Source: an uncultured Solirubrobacterales bacterium (GTDB lineage: Bacteria; Actinomycetota; Thermoleophilia; Solirubrobacterales; Solirubrobacteraceae). From it: a stretch of DNA of 64,000 bases. The translations under genes and the position numbers were made by a program. Every line of letters begins with the position of its first letter. Position 1 is the first letter of the stretch. Shown here piece by piece: positions 1 to 9,584 of this stretch. Below the pieces are notes generated by a model. The model ran no database searches, was not told the DNA's origin, and saw only the letters and a program-made list of their open reading frames with translations. The stretch spans positions 981,484 through 1,045,483 of the forward strand of contig CAWJEV010000002.1 of assembly GCA_963842005.1 (NCBI GenBank). The letters run 5' to 3'.

Positions 1-1540
1 GAGCCTGCGCTTCCTGGCACGCGCCGAGCCCCGCGGCCTGCCCCGGGTTGACCACCACACCTTCCGGGAGCGTCACCGTCGTGTCCTGGATATCGGACTC
101 CGAGTTCGCACCCGCGTTCACGAGTCCTTCCTGGCCCATCTTCACTTCGAACGTCAAACCCGCCGGAGTATCCGCACGCACAGTATCCGGCGACGCGCTG
201 ACAGCCGGCGCGAATTCCAGCAGGCTGCAACCCGTGAACGGGCCGATATTCGAGGGCACGTTCACCTCGCGGCCAGGTTCTTCCCACGAGTTCACACTGA
301 ACATGGCCTGCAACGGTTCCCCAGTGCAATCCGTCGGGCTCGTCAGATACGGCACCGCGGGGTTCGTCACTGGCTGACCCTTGGGGGCTTCTTCGAGCTT
401 GACCGGGTCGCTGATTCCCCTTGTTTCATTCACATAGAAACATTTCCCCGCTTCGGTCGTTTCGCACCGTAGTCCCCGCATCAAATCGTGCCTGGGTTCC
501 GCCGGGACACCCCACACGGTCAGTGAGATACCATCAAACGTCAGCGAACTGTCCTGGATTTTCGTGAAGTTGGCGCGTACCCCATAATCACCAGGTGTCA
601 GCGAGATCGTGCCCTGAAAACCATACCTCAAAAACGTGAAACCGAGCTTCGCGATTTCCCCCGGGTTCGTCGTCAAGTTCAACAGCGGAAGCACAAGAGC
701 ACCCCGCGAAAGACCCTCGTTATAATAAAGAGTCACCGACCCGACGATCGCGCTCAACGAGCAATGAAGCGCGCCTTCGCCCTCTTCGCTGAAACCCGCG
801 ATCGGGCACTTCGGCGTATCCGCGAGATCACCAACGAACCCCGGCGGCAGAGTCGCACCGCTTTCCCGCACATTACCCGCAAACAACCCCGGAATCACAC
901 TATCAAACTCAAACACCGTAGTCAGATCAGGATGAGCGCCAGCCTGAGTATCCGACAACGCGCTCGCCGTCGAACCAGGCGCAATACCAAACACAGCCGG
1001 AGACGAACTGATCACAACAGGCGTCTCCCGGCCCACTTCCGGCGCGCCCCCACCCGACACCGCAACCCCATTCACAACACAACCCACCGCACCCCCCGGC
1101 ACCACACACGAATCCGTAAACGGGCCACTGGAGACTTCTACGGGAATCGTCAATTCGAGCGTATTATTGACCTCGATAGGACCCGAATAAGTACACGTCA
1201 AACCCACACAACTCACTTCCTGCGCCGGGCTCACATCCGTCGATGACTCCAAATCCACCCCACCCAAATGCACCCCCGAAACAGGTTCTTCAGCCACCAC
1301 GCTCAAACCGGCCGGGAGAACATCCGTCACAACGACCGGTTCGCCATCACTCGGAGCACCACCCGTATTCTGCACACGCACCGTAAAAAAACCCATACCC
1401 CCAGGCATCAAATTCGTCGGAGTCGAAAACCCAGTCACCGTCCACTGCGGACCACCCACAACACCCAACGCACCCGCCGGCACACACAACACCACCAACA
1501 CACACAACACAACCACCAACGACACATACCGCTTACACAT
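1..1540 (-). pseudogene. Large secreted protein B, copy 1 (frameshifted; 3' part runs off the window start)
   Basis: ATG at 1540, 2 nt after the stop of the upstream protein A copy. Position 1 aligns with 11360 of intact copy 2 and similarity is clear along most of the region. No continuous minus-strand ORF, so there are several frameshifts (real or sequencing error). Confidence 0.75.
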
Positions 1541-1542
1541 AG

Positions 1543-3958
1543 CTACTTCCTCCCCCTAACCAAACGCTTAGCTCGCTTCTTGACCTTAGCTCGCTTCTTG
1601 ACCTTTACGCACCTACCATGCTTCTTGACCAACCCAGACCTGCACTTCTTCGTCTTCGGGACCGCTTCCACCGGTTTTTCCGACAGAGAGAAGTTCCCCA
1701 CACCTTCAAACGTCACACCAGCAGGCGTCGCGAACACCGGCGGCGCCGCCGGCACACCCTGACACCCCGTACCCGTACACGCAGGCGGCACAACACCCAC
1801 AAACCCACCACCGACACGCGCATCATAAACATCCGCCGCCTGATCAGTATCCGCCGCAGACAACTGAGCATGCGTCACAAAAAACACATTATTCCCATCT
1901 GCACTCGACCCAAGAAAAAACGCGCTACCCGGATCACTCGGCGACGAAATCAACGAAATCACACCACCATGCCACTCATACACATGATTCCTACCCGGCA
2001 ACGCCTGCGACACCAACACATTCGCCGATTCAAAAAACACAACACGCCCATCTTCAGACACCGGACGCGGCGGCCCAACCGCCGCAGATTCGAAGTAGTT
2101 GCGCGCGAAATACGCACCATCAACCGGATCCACCCCACCACACGACACACACACAAGACCACCCGAACCCGCATCATAACGAAACAACTCAAAACACCCT
2201 TCAGGAGCCGGCTCACCTGGGTAGTTGTTCGGGCACTTCACTCCCGGAGCACGCGTATTGTCAAACCCGGTCAACGGCAACACCGTACCAAACACCAAAA
2301 ACTGGCCATCCCCCGTCGTATACCACTCCTTTCCGAAGTCCAAGCCCTCGTGTTCCGTGCCCTCCTTGGGAAACGCTCCCCCGCCGAGTTCGTTTGCATA
2401 CCAACCGCCGGTGGCTTCAAGGAAGGTCCCCGGGTAGTCGTACTTGTTGAGCGTCGTGATGAATGTCGTTTCTCCCGTGATGGTATCATCGCGGTAGAGA
2501 TTGACGGGAGAGAAGCTTTCCCCGCCGGGCGAGTATTTCGACGCCCCAGGCGCGAGCTTGCCAAACGCGCTGAAATACACACTCGAACCATCGCTCGAGA
2601 TCGCCGTCACAGAGTCGACATCCCCTTCGACCGTGCCCGACTTCCCACCCGAGATAAGCGTCAAAGCCTTTTCCCCCACGCCGGGTTCAGTGTTGTACTC
2701 ATACAGCTCCGGAGCGTGCCCCACAGCACCCTGGGTCAGATCGGTCTTGGTCATGAAGAATACCCTCAACCCGTCGCTGGACGCCCCGACGAACACCGCC
2801 GGCATCAACGGGTTCGCCCCCGGGCCGACATCCACCCCTGCTTCATGCGGAACGGAGATCTCGACAGTCCTCGAACCATCTTCGCGCACATAGACCTCAG
2901 GCGGGTTTTCCTGCGGGCTCACCCCAGGATTCCAACAACCCACACCGCCCGCTTCCGGCTCAGGCGCCGTGAAGAAGATCCGCGACCCATCGCTCGAAAC
3001 CGCGCCATACGCGCCACCAGCGCCGAGTTCGAACCGACCCTGCCCGAGAGCTGCCCCGCACGCCATCGGCTTGCCTTCGCCGTCCACATCGACGAGCCTG
3101 CAGTTCGACGTCCCGGGAGCGCATTCCCCGCCACCGGTTCTTTCGTAGATCGCGTCGGTCCCCGTGTCCTGACCTTCCGCGCCCGCCGCCAATGAATGAT
3201 TCTCGCCCTCCAGCACCACCCGACTCAAATCTTCAGAGCCCCCAACCATCTCGACCTGGTCTTCATTGTTCAACGCGGCGTGCCCGCTGCGCGAGAACAA
3301 CGGCGCGTACGGGCCCCCCACAGGGCCAACCAGACTCCATCCGCCGAAAGGCGGATTCCTCGCCGCGCAGCAACTCGCTGAACGTCCCAACCTCATCATT
3401 GAAACCAACCGCAGAGAGATCACGAGGATCAAACAAAAATTCAGGTTCTTCTCCGACTTCCTGAGACGCCGCGATCGACTGAGCCAGAACATTCATGCCC
3501 CACCCTCCAGTCCCGCGCGAGAAAACATACGCCGACGCGCTGGCAGAAGCATCCGCCGCGAACGAACCATCCGTTTTGACCAGAATCGCATCCCCATCTT
3601 CCGCGACATACGCCTGGTTACCTGTAGCAACCAGTTGGCTTTCGCCCACGACCCTACTTCCGAAGATATCCACAGCGTCACCCTTGTCCACCGGCGTCAC
3701 CTGCTCATAGACACGACATTCAGGCAAGTCAACAGACGGACCCTGGCGCGAGGCTTCATTGGGGCACACTTCGGCAGCCTGCGCACTACCCGCAAGAACC
3801 CCTACAAACCCCACTACGAGCAACGCCGCCATCAAACCCATCAAAACCGCGAACCGCGCGAACTCCGCCCGGCGCACCCCACCCACGAACACAGAACAGA
3901 CGCCATCCAACCGCGCCCGATCGACCTCGCCTCCCCACTCCCTCATCTCATCTCCCAT
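1543..3958 (-). CDS. Secreted protein A, copy 1 (Gly/Ser-rich, probable PD40/TolB-like beta-propeller; one frameshift near 3330)
   Basis: Joins ORFs 3263..3994 and 1543..3492. Has a signal peptide ending ..GSAQA, the motif CPNEASRQGPSVDLPECRVYEQVTP, repeated SSDGSRIFF/SEDGRVVFF/SADGNNVFF blade-like motifs and a Lys/Arg-rich C-terminal tail. The fold is inferred. Confidence 0.75.
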
Positions 3959-4075
3959 CCCTAGCTCCGTTGAAGACACAAGACCAAGAACCACTCACCC
4001 GCGACATCCATACCAGTCGGAGTGAGGCCGACTCACGCCGGCCCCACCCCAATACTCAACGACAATCAAACACTG

Positions 4076-4804
4076 CTATTTGGAGACTCGAAGCGCCCGG
4101 CCGCTCGCCAGTAATATGGCGATACTCCCCGACACATTACCGGTTTCTTTCCCTGTGCCCGTACAATTCGCCTTGGGTTTATTCGGGTTAATGAAATTAG
4201 CTAATACTAATAACGCAGCGAGATTACCGGGAGTATTCTTATTTTCCAGGACCACTAACCCCGGTCCGGTACATACGTTTGTTTCGTTTTTACCGAGAAC
4301 TTTACAAGTCACTTCCCAGCCAGGTTCGCCGTTTCCGCCATTTCTGATCGTGTCGTGTATTGTGCCTTCGGTTTCCTTCAATTCCGAATTCCACGGCAGA
4401 TTTCTCGCTACGGCACCGCCTGATCCTTCGATTTTTTCGCAGTTCGTGCCTGGTTCGCATTTGTCTGTTGTAACGGTCGTGGTCTGATCTGTACCGTTAG
4501 GGCCAATCCACCCTGTGTCTAACCCTGAGCACTTGACTTCGACCTCGCCGATGATAGATTTGGCTTCTAGTTTCAGCGACCCCGCGGTTCTGGTCGCTTC
4601 CGTAGTTTTGGGTTCGCTCCATTCCCATTTACCACTTGCTTCTGCTTTGGAGCATTGTTCGCTACTCCACTTCGTAGCCGTGCTTTCTGTATGTGATGGT
4701 AAGCACACTAACCAGTGCGGTGCTGCCGAAGCGGTCCCCGCCGCGACCATGCTCATCACGAACACGGCCGCGAGGCAGAACCCCGCGATACGTATGAACC
4801 TCAT
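4076..4804 (-). CDS. Small secreted Cys-containing protein S, copy 1 (242 aa, intact)
   Basis: AAGGAG RBS upstream of the ATG at 4804. Sec signal peptide MRFIRIAGFCLAAVFVMSMVAAGTASA. Paralogous to 5745..6471 and 15367..16090. Confidence 0.85.
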   Translation of the reverse strand: MRFIRIAGFCLAAVFVMSMVAAGTASAAPHWLVCLPSHTESTATKWSSEQCSKAEASGKWEWSEPKTTEATRTAGSLKLEAKSIIGEVEVKCSGLDTGWIGPNGTDQTTTVTTDKCEPGTNCEKIEGSGGAVARNLPWNSELKETEGTIHDTIRNGGNGEPGWEVTCKVLGKNETNVCTGPGLVVLENKNTPGNLAALLVLANFINPNKPKANCTGTGKETGNVSGSIAILLASGRALRVSK

Positions 4805-4886
4805 AGTCTACAACTCCTTGTATCTCGATTTGAATGTTGGTCTGATGATTGGTTGATGTTGGTTGAGGTTTGGTCCAGATCCGACT

Positions 4887-4905
4887 TTGTAACTGACTGT
4901 CACAA
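4887..4905. promoter_or_regulatory. Imperfect palindrome TTGTAAC-N5-GTCACAA upstream of S copy 1 (candidate operator)
   Basis: The same motif sits at the same relative position upstream of all three S copies (also 6555..6573 and 16174..16192). Confidence 0.5.
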
Positions 4906-5183
4906 TCTCTTCTCGATCCATTCGAGCGCTATCGCGATCGTTGGTTCGATTCGAGTACAGCACAATTCTACGAGCTCTTCAAGGGAATTGGAAGGACTGT
5001 CTCTGACTCGCCGGACCAGCTCCACCATCGAGGCTCGATCGAAGGCTGCAGGTACAACCATACACGACCGTCCAGAGAGATGGAAGACCCAAACGTCTCG
5101 ACCGCCCAAACCGCCCTAACGGGCGAGAAAACCGCATCCGAGGAATGTTTCCGACCGGGCCACCAGAGGCGCCCGACGAACGA

Positions 5184-5562
5184 CTACGCGTGCGCCGCAG
5201 CGCGCTCCCCGCCGGCCTGCTCCACGACCTTCTGGGCCAGGTGGGCAGGGAGCTCCTCGTAGCGCAGGAGCTCCATCGTGTAGTCGCCCTGCCCGCCCGT
5301 GATCGAACGCGGGTCGGGGGCATAGCTGAGCATCTCGGACATCGGGACCTCCGCCCTGATCTCCGTCACCGCGCCGGACGGCTCCATCCCCTGGGGGCGC
5401 CCGCGGCGGCTGTTGAGATCGCCGATCACGTCTCCCACTGAGGACTCCGGGACCGAGACCGTGACCAGCATCACCGGCTCCAACAGCACCGGCTCAGCCT
5501 GCTCGAGCGCCTGGCGCATCGCCGCCGCACCCGCCAGCTTGAAGGCGATCTCCGAGGAGTCC
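5184..5562 (-). pseudogene. 5'-truncated duplicate of the EF-G-like gene 3' end
   Basis: Aligns without indels to 16471..16849 (SSEIAFKLAG...AAAHA*). Upstream sequence is unrelated to the EF-G gene. Confidence 0.9.
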
Positions 5563-5744
5563 GGCGACAGGGCGTGCAGGCCCGTCGCACCCTCGGCCTG
5601 ACGAAGCTTCTTGTGGGGTCGTTGACGATCGAGCGGGGGGATCGGATCGAATCCTCCCCAGGTTGAACGGGCCCGCCATCTCCGTACCGGTTGGTTGAGG
5701 CTCGCGCCGACCTCAACCCAACACTCAACGACGATCAAACACTG

Positions 5745-6471
5745 CTATTTGGAGACTCGAAGCGCCCGGCCGCTCGCCAGTAATATCGCTAAACTCCCCG
5801 ACACGTTACCGGTTCCACTCCCGGTTGATGTACAGTTCGCCTTGGGTTTGTTCGGGTTAATATAGTTAGCTAATACTAATAACGCAGCGAGATTACCTGG
5901 GGTATTCTTGTTTTCCAGGACCACTAATCCTGCTTCGCTGGTACATAGGTTCGTTTCGACTTTACCGAGAACCCTACAAGTTAATTCCCATCCGGGTTCG
6001 CCGTGTCCACTACTTCTGATCGCGTCGTGTATCAAGCCTTCAGTTTCCTTCAATTCCGTATTCCAGGGCAGATGCACCGCCGAGAAAGTACCTTCGATTT
6101 TTTCGCAGTTTTCACCTGGTTCGCATTTATTTGTTGTAACGGTCGTGATCTGATCTGTACCGTTAGGGCCAATCCACCCTGTCTCGGTCCCTGAGCACTT
6201 GACTACGACCTCGCCGATAATAGATTTAGCTTCCAGTTTCAGCGACCCCTGGATTCTGGTCGCTTCCGTGGTTTTGGGTTCGCTCCATTCCCATGAACCA
6301 CCCGATGATGCGGTGGTGCATTGTTCGGTACTCCACTTCGTGGTCGTAGTACCGGTATGTGATGGTAAGCACACTAACCAGTGTGGTGCTGCTGAAGCGG
6401 TCCCTGCTGCGACCATGCTCATCACGAACACGGCCGCGAGGCAGAGACCCCGCGATACGTATGGACCTCAT
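5745..6471 (-). CDS. Small secreted protein S, copy 2 (+1 frameshift in the signal peptide at 6448-6451)
   Basis: RBS and ATG at 6471 (MRSIRIAG). The protein continues in another frame as ORF 5745..6431. Paralog of 4076..4804. Confidence 0.8.
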
Positions 6472-6554
6472 TGTCTACAACTCCTTATATCTCGATTTGA
6501 TCTTGGTCTTATTGGTTGGTTGATGTTGGTTTGAGTTTGGATCCAGCTCCGACT

Positions 6555-6573
6555 TTGTAGCTGAACGTCACAA
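6555..6573. promoter_or_regulatory. Palindrome TTGTAGC-N5-GTCACAA upstream of S copy 2
   Basis: Conserved in the most diverged copy of the upstream region. Confidence 0.5.
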
Positions 6574-6821
6574 TCCCTTATCGAGCCACCGTGCTAGTCG
6601 AGGCTCGATTCGAGCTTGCAGGCACAACCGTACACGATCGTCAGGGAAATGGGAGAGGGAACCCTCTCGATCGCCCAAACCTCCCCAGACGGCCGAAGAA
6701 GGCGCTTCCTCAGAATGTCTCCAACCCGGCCACCGGCGGCGCCCAGCCGCCGCCCGCAGAGCACCCTCCGCACCCAAAAACTGGCTCCAGTATTGGCGAT
6801 GCACGACTACGCGCCCCAGTC

Positions 6822-6849
6822 AAGCAAACCCGGGCGCGTCTTGCCCGGG
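6822..6849 (-). terminator. Probable intrinsic terminator of the A-B operon
   Basis: Minus strand CCCGGGC-aagacgc-GCCCGGG followed by TTTGCTT. It lies downstream of B copy 2 once the intron is removed. Confidence 0.55.
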
Positions 6850-7008
6850 CTCCCCTTGGGCTCCTCCGCGGGTTTGCTGCGCAGGATCCCGCTCGTGTTT
6901 CCGATCCTCTCGGGCCGCTACTGCCGGGTGGCCGGAGGCATCGCAGCCTCCGGCTCCCACAGATCCGCACGTGAGCCTCTCGACTCATACGGCTCGTGTC
7001 GTCCAGCT

Positions 7009-9021
7009 TTATAGGGTTGGCGCACAGTGCCTCCAATGCACGAATAGCTCGGGTTCCCTTGTATGGACCCCTCGCAACCACGTCCGCGCTCGAGGACCAC
7101 TGCGCTCCAGTCGTTTGTACTTCCACCTCGCCCATCGCACCAGATGGCGGTCCATGCGACGGCAGAGTGGGGCGACCGCGCTCGGGTAGAACGCGGTGTA
7201 ATACGCAAGCCAACCCCCAATGACGGGGTTGACCTCCTTTGCGAGGCCATTGAGAGTCCAGGTCGTGTGCCTGTGAAGCCGCCATGACGCTGCCCGGCGG
7301 CTCATTTCGCTCAGCTTCCCCGGAGATACAGCCGGAAGGAAGCTTGTAAAGGCAACCCCCCGTCTCTTGTTCACTGCTTTCCGGGGCCTGAACGCATAAC
7401 CGCAGAACGTGAACGAGACGTGCTCGTATGTTCCCCGGCGATTGCTGTCCTTGCAATGTGAAGTAGGCGAGAGGCGCGCCACCGATATCCCACCCAGCGA
7501 TCTCAACGGCTGGGCATCCTCGGCACGACTCCTCTCACCCCTTCCCAAACCGTGCATGAGGTTTTCCCTCACACGGCTTTCCCCCAGGCAGTCGACCGAC
7601 GGCATTCCGCTTGCCACAGCGTTGGCTATCGGCCCAAGCGACCTACGAGGCTCCTCGGCTCTTACGAGCCTTGGCCGTTGCTTGATCGCGCACCTGGCTA
7701 GAGGCCCTTCGCTACGACGGGTTATGTTGTCCACGCCGATCATCGCTACTACTGCCTCCTCCGACTTCCGCTCAGCGCTCCACCACTTCCCGGTACTTCC
7801 GGTTATAGGTATCGCCACTTCCCGGAGCGCCCCAGACTGGCAACCTGGGGCCGTGAATGCCGGGGCCGAGACGGATCTCTCACGTTCCGTGCTGAACTGT
7901 GCATACGTTCCGATCCCAATACGCCGGCGGGTTCCTCGGTGCTGCAACTCCAAGGTCTTCGCACCTTCCCTGGCCTTCGCCCATCGTATAGAGGCTCGGC
8001 TCCCGCTCCTTCCCGCTCTCGCGGGGACCATATCGACGCTTACGCAGGATTCCTCATCGTACGGACCGCATGCTTGCTCGCCGCCCAAAACGGCGACTTT
8101 GTCATGGGGCTTCGACAGTCGGGTCTCCCCTTCCACCGCCCACCAACTACGCGGCTGCTTGGTCATTACCGCGACCGGCCTCTCACCGGCAAGCTCAACA
8201 TAGCTTCGTGATACACATACGATCTTGGTCTTCTCGGGATGAAGCTCCAACCCGACTTCGACCAGCCGGCGTGCGAGCGCCTCCCGCAACTCACGGGCAT
8301 GGCTCTCGCTGACACAATGGATCACCACATCGTCCGCAAAGCGCTCGAACTGTACGGCCGGGAACTCCCGCACCATCCAAGCATCGAACCCGTAATGCAG
8401 AAATAGATTGGCGATCAGCGGCGAAATCGGAGACCCCTGCGGAGTCCCCTTCTCCCTCGGCACGAGACTGCCGTCAGGCATTAACATCGGGGCTTTCAAC
8501 CAGCGCTCCACATACAACAGGACCCACTTCTGGTCCGTGTGGCGCGCCAAGGCCTTCAACGTCAAATCCCAAGGAACAGAGTCAAAGAATTTCCGGATGT
8601 CAACATCGAGCACCCAGTCCTTCCTAAAACCCCGCTCCCGGCAAACCGCGACCGCTTCGAGGGGCGAGCGTCCGGGACGATAGCCGTAGGAGTCATCGTG
8701 GAACACTTGCTCCACGCTGGGCTCCAACGCCATAGCCGCCGCCGTCTGAGCGACCCTGTCAACGATATTTGGTATGCCTAGCCGTCTCGAACCTTTCTTC
8801 TTCGGGATATCCACCGCCCGGACCGGCCCGGGGAAATACGACCCCGACGACATGCGATTCCACAGCTTGAAGAGGGTCCCCGAGAGATCCTCCTCGAACT
8901 GCTCGATCGTCACACCGTCGGCCCCAGCCGACCCGCCTTTCTCTCTCACCTTCAACCACGCATCCCACACCAGTTGCTTGGGGATGACATATGACTTTCC
9001 CTTCAGCTTTGGCTCAAGCAT
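7009..9021 (-). CDS. ltrA: Group II intron reverse transcriptase/maturase, interrupted in frame by an inner intron
   Basis: RT motifs LGIPNIVDRVAQ, GTPQGSPISPLIAN, FADD and LHPEKTKIV, plus X/thumb domain (YCKD..SFTFCGYAF..GWLAYY); no endonuclease domain seen. Removing 7458..8216 restores KTKIV-Y-CKD and a ~417-aa protein. Confidence 0.92.
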   Translation of the reverse strand: MLEPKLKGKSYVIPKQLVWDAWLKVREKGGSAGADGVTIEQFEEDLSGTLFKLWNRMSSGSYFPGPVRAVDIPKKKGSRRLGIPNIVDRVAQTAAAMALEPSVEQVFHDDSYGYRPGRSPLEAVAVCRERGFRKDWVLDVDIRKFFDSVPWDLTLKALARHTDQKWVLLYVERWLKAPMLMPDGSLVPREKGTPQGSPISPLIANLFLHYGFDAWMVREFPAVQFERFADDVVIHCVSESHARELREALARRLVEVGLELHPEKTKIVCVSRSYVELAGERPVAVMTKQPRSWWAVEGETRLSKPHDKVAVLGGEQACGPYDEESCVSVDMVPARAGRSGSRASIRWAKAREGAKTLELQHRGTRRRIGIGTYAQFSTERERSVSAPAFTAPGCQSGALREVAIPITGSTGKWWSAERKSEEAVVAMIGVDNITRRSEGPLARCAIKQRPRLVRAEEPRRSLGPIANAVASGMPSVDCLGESRVRENLMHGLGRGERSRAEDAQPLRSLGGISVARLSPTSHCKDSNRRGTYEHVSFTFCGYAFRPRKAVNKRRGVAFTSFLPAVSPGKLSEMSRRAASWRLHRHTTWTLNGLAKEVNPVIGGWLAYYTAFYPSAVAPLCRRMDRHLVRWARWKYKRLERSGPRARTWLRGVHTREPELFVHWRHCAPTL
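7458..8216 (-). ncRNA. ORF-less group II intron (inner intron of a twintron, 759 nt)
   Basis: Starts GTGTATCACG and ends CCTACTTCAC (bulged A at -7, AC end). Domain V AAGCCGTGTGAGGGAAAACCTCATGCACGGTTT at ~7547-7580. EBS1 ATACGAT (7983-7989) is the exact complement of the last 7 exon nt ATCGTAT (8217-8223). Candidate EBS2 TGGTC (8026-8030) pairs with exon GACCA. Confidence 0.9.
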
Positions 9022-9584
9022 GTGCTTCCTGCCTTGCGGTTGAGCACACACTCAAACCAGGACGACCCCGCCCCTTGGCTCCACCCCCGCTGCGATACGC
9101 GGAAGCTTCACAGCTACTACGAGCGAGTCCGCCGACGCTCCCGGCGACGGTACTCTGCTCCTCACGGATTCTGCCGCTTGGAGTCCTTCCTCTCGCCACC
9201 AAACCATCAGTGGCAGTTTCCGGGTACGTCTTCACACGTTCCATAGAAGCGCCTCGGTCGGGTTCATGCTGCCTATATGCCGGATGCCGCCTGGTCAGTA
9301 AACGGGTGACCCCCAGGCTCCTCCCAGGGCAAGAAAACGACCCTGGTTTCGACATCGTCTTAGACACTTTCGACACGTCAACGGCAGAGGACATACTGCG
9401 TCCATCGCTCATCTCCCCGACCCACACCTGCCGCGCTCTAGTCGCGACTTTTCCCACGACGCTCACCACGACGGTCTTCAGCCAACGCAGCTATGGGCGG
9501 TTTAGTACCTCCCCCCGAAGGGCGGTCCTGGAGGGCCGTACAACCTCCATCACTTCTACAGCGCCGCAATCGGCAAGACCACCA

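Larger units (their letters stand above)
6923..9569 (-). mobile_element. Group II intron (outer; RT-encoding, bacterial class E-like)
   Basis: 5' end TTGCGGCGCTGTAGAAGTGATGGAGG. Domain V GAGCCGTATGAGTCGAGAGGCTCACGTGCGGATC with AGC triad. Domain VI ends GGCCACCCGGC with the bulged A at -7. Encodes an RT ORF. The ends are inferred from consensus; I did not find EBS1/IBS1 pairing for this outer intron. Confidence 0.85.

Noticed and set aside
7009-9051. Novel 680-aa RT with an unknown extra protein domain
   Set aside because: The insert is intron RNA (domain V/VI, EBS1 pairing, exact restoration of KTKIVYCKD), not a protein domain. It is treated as a twintron instead.
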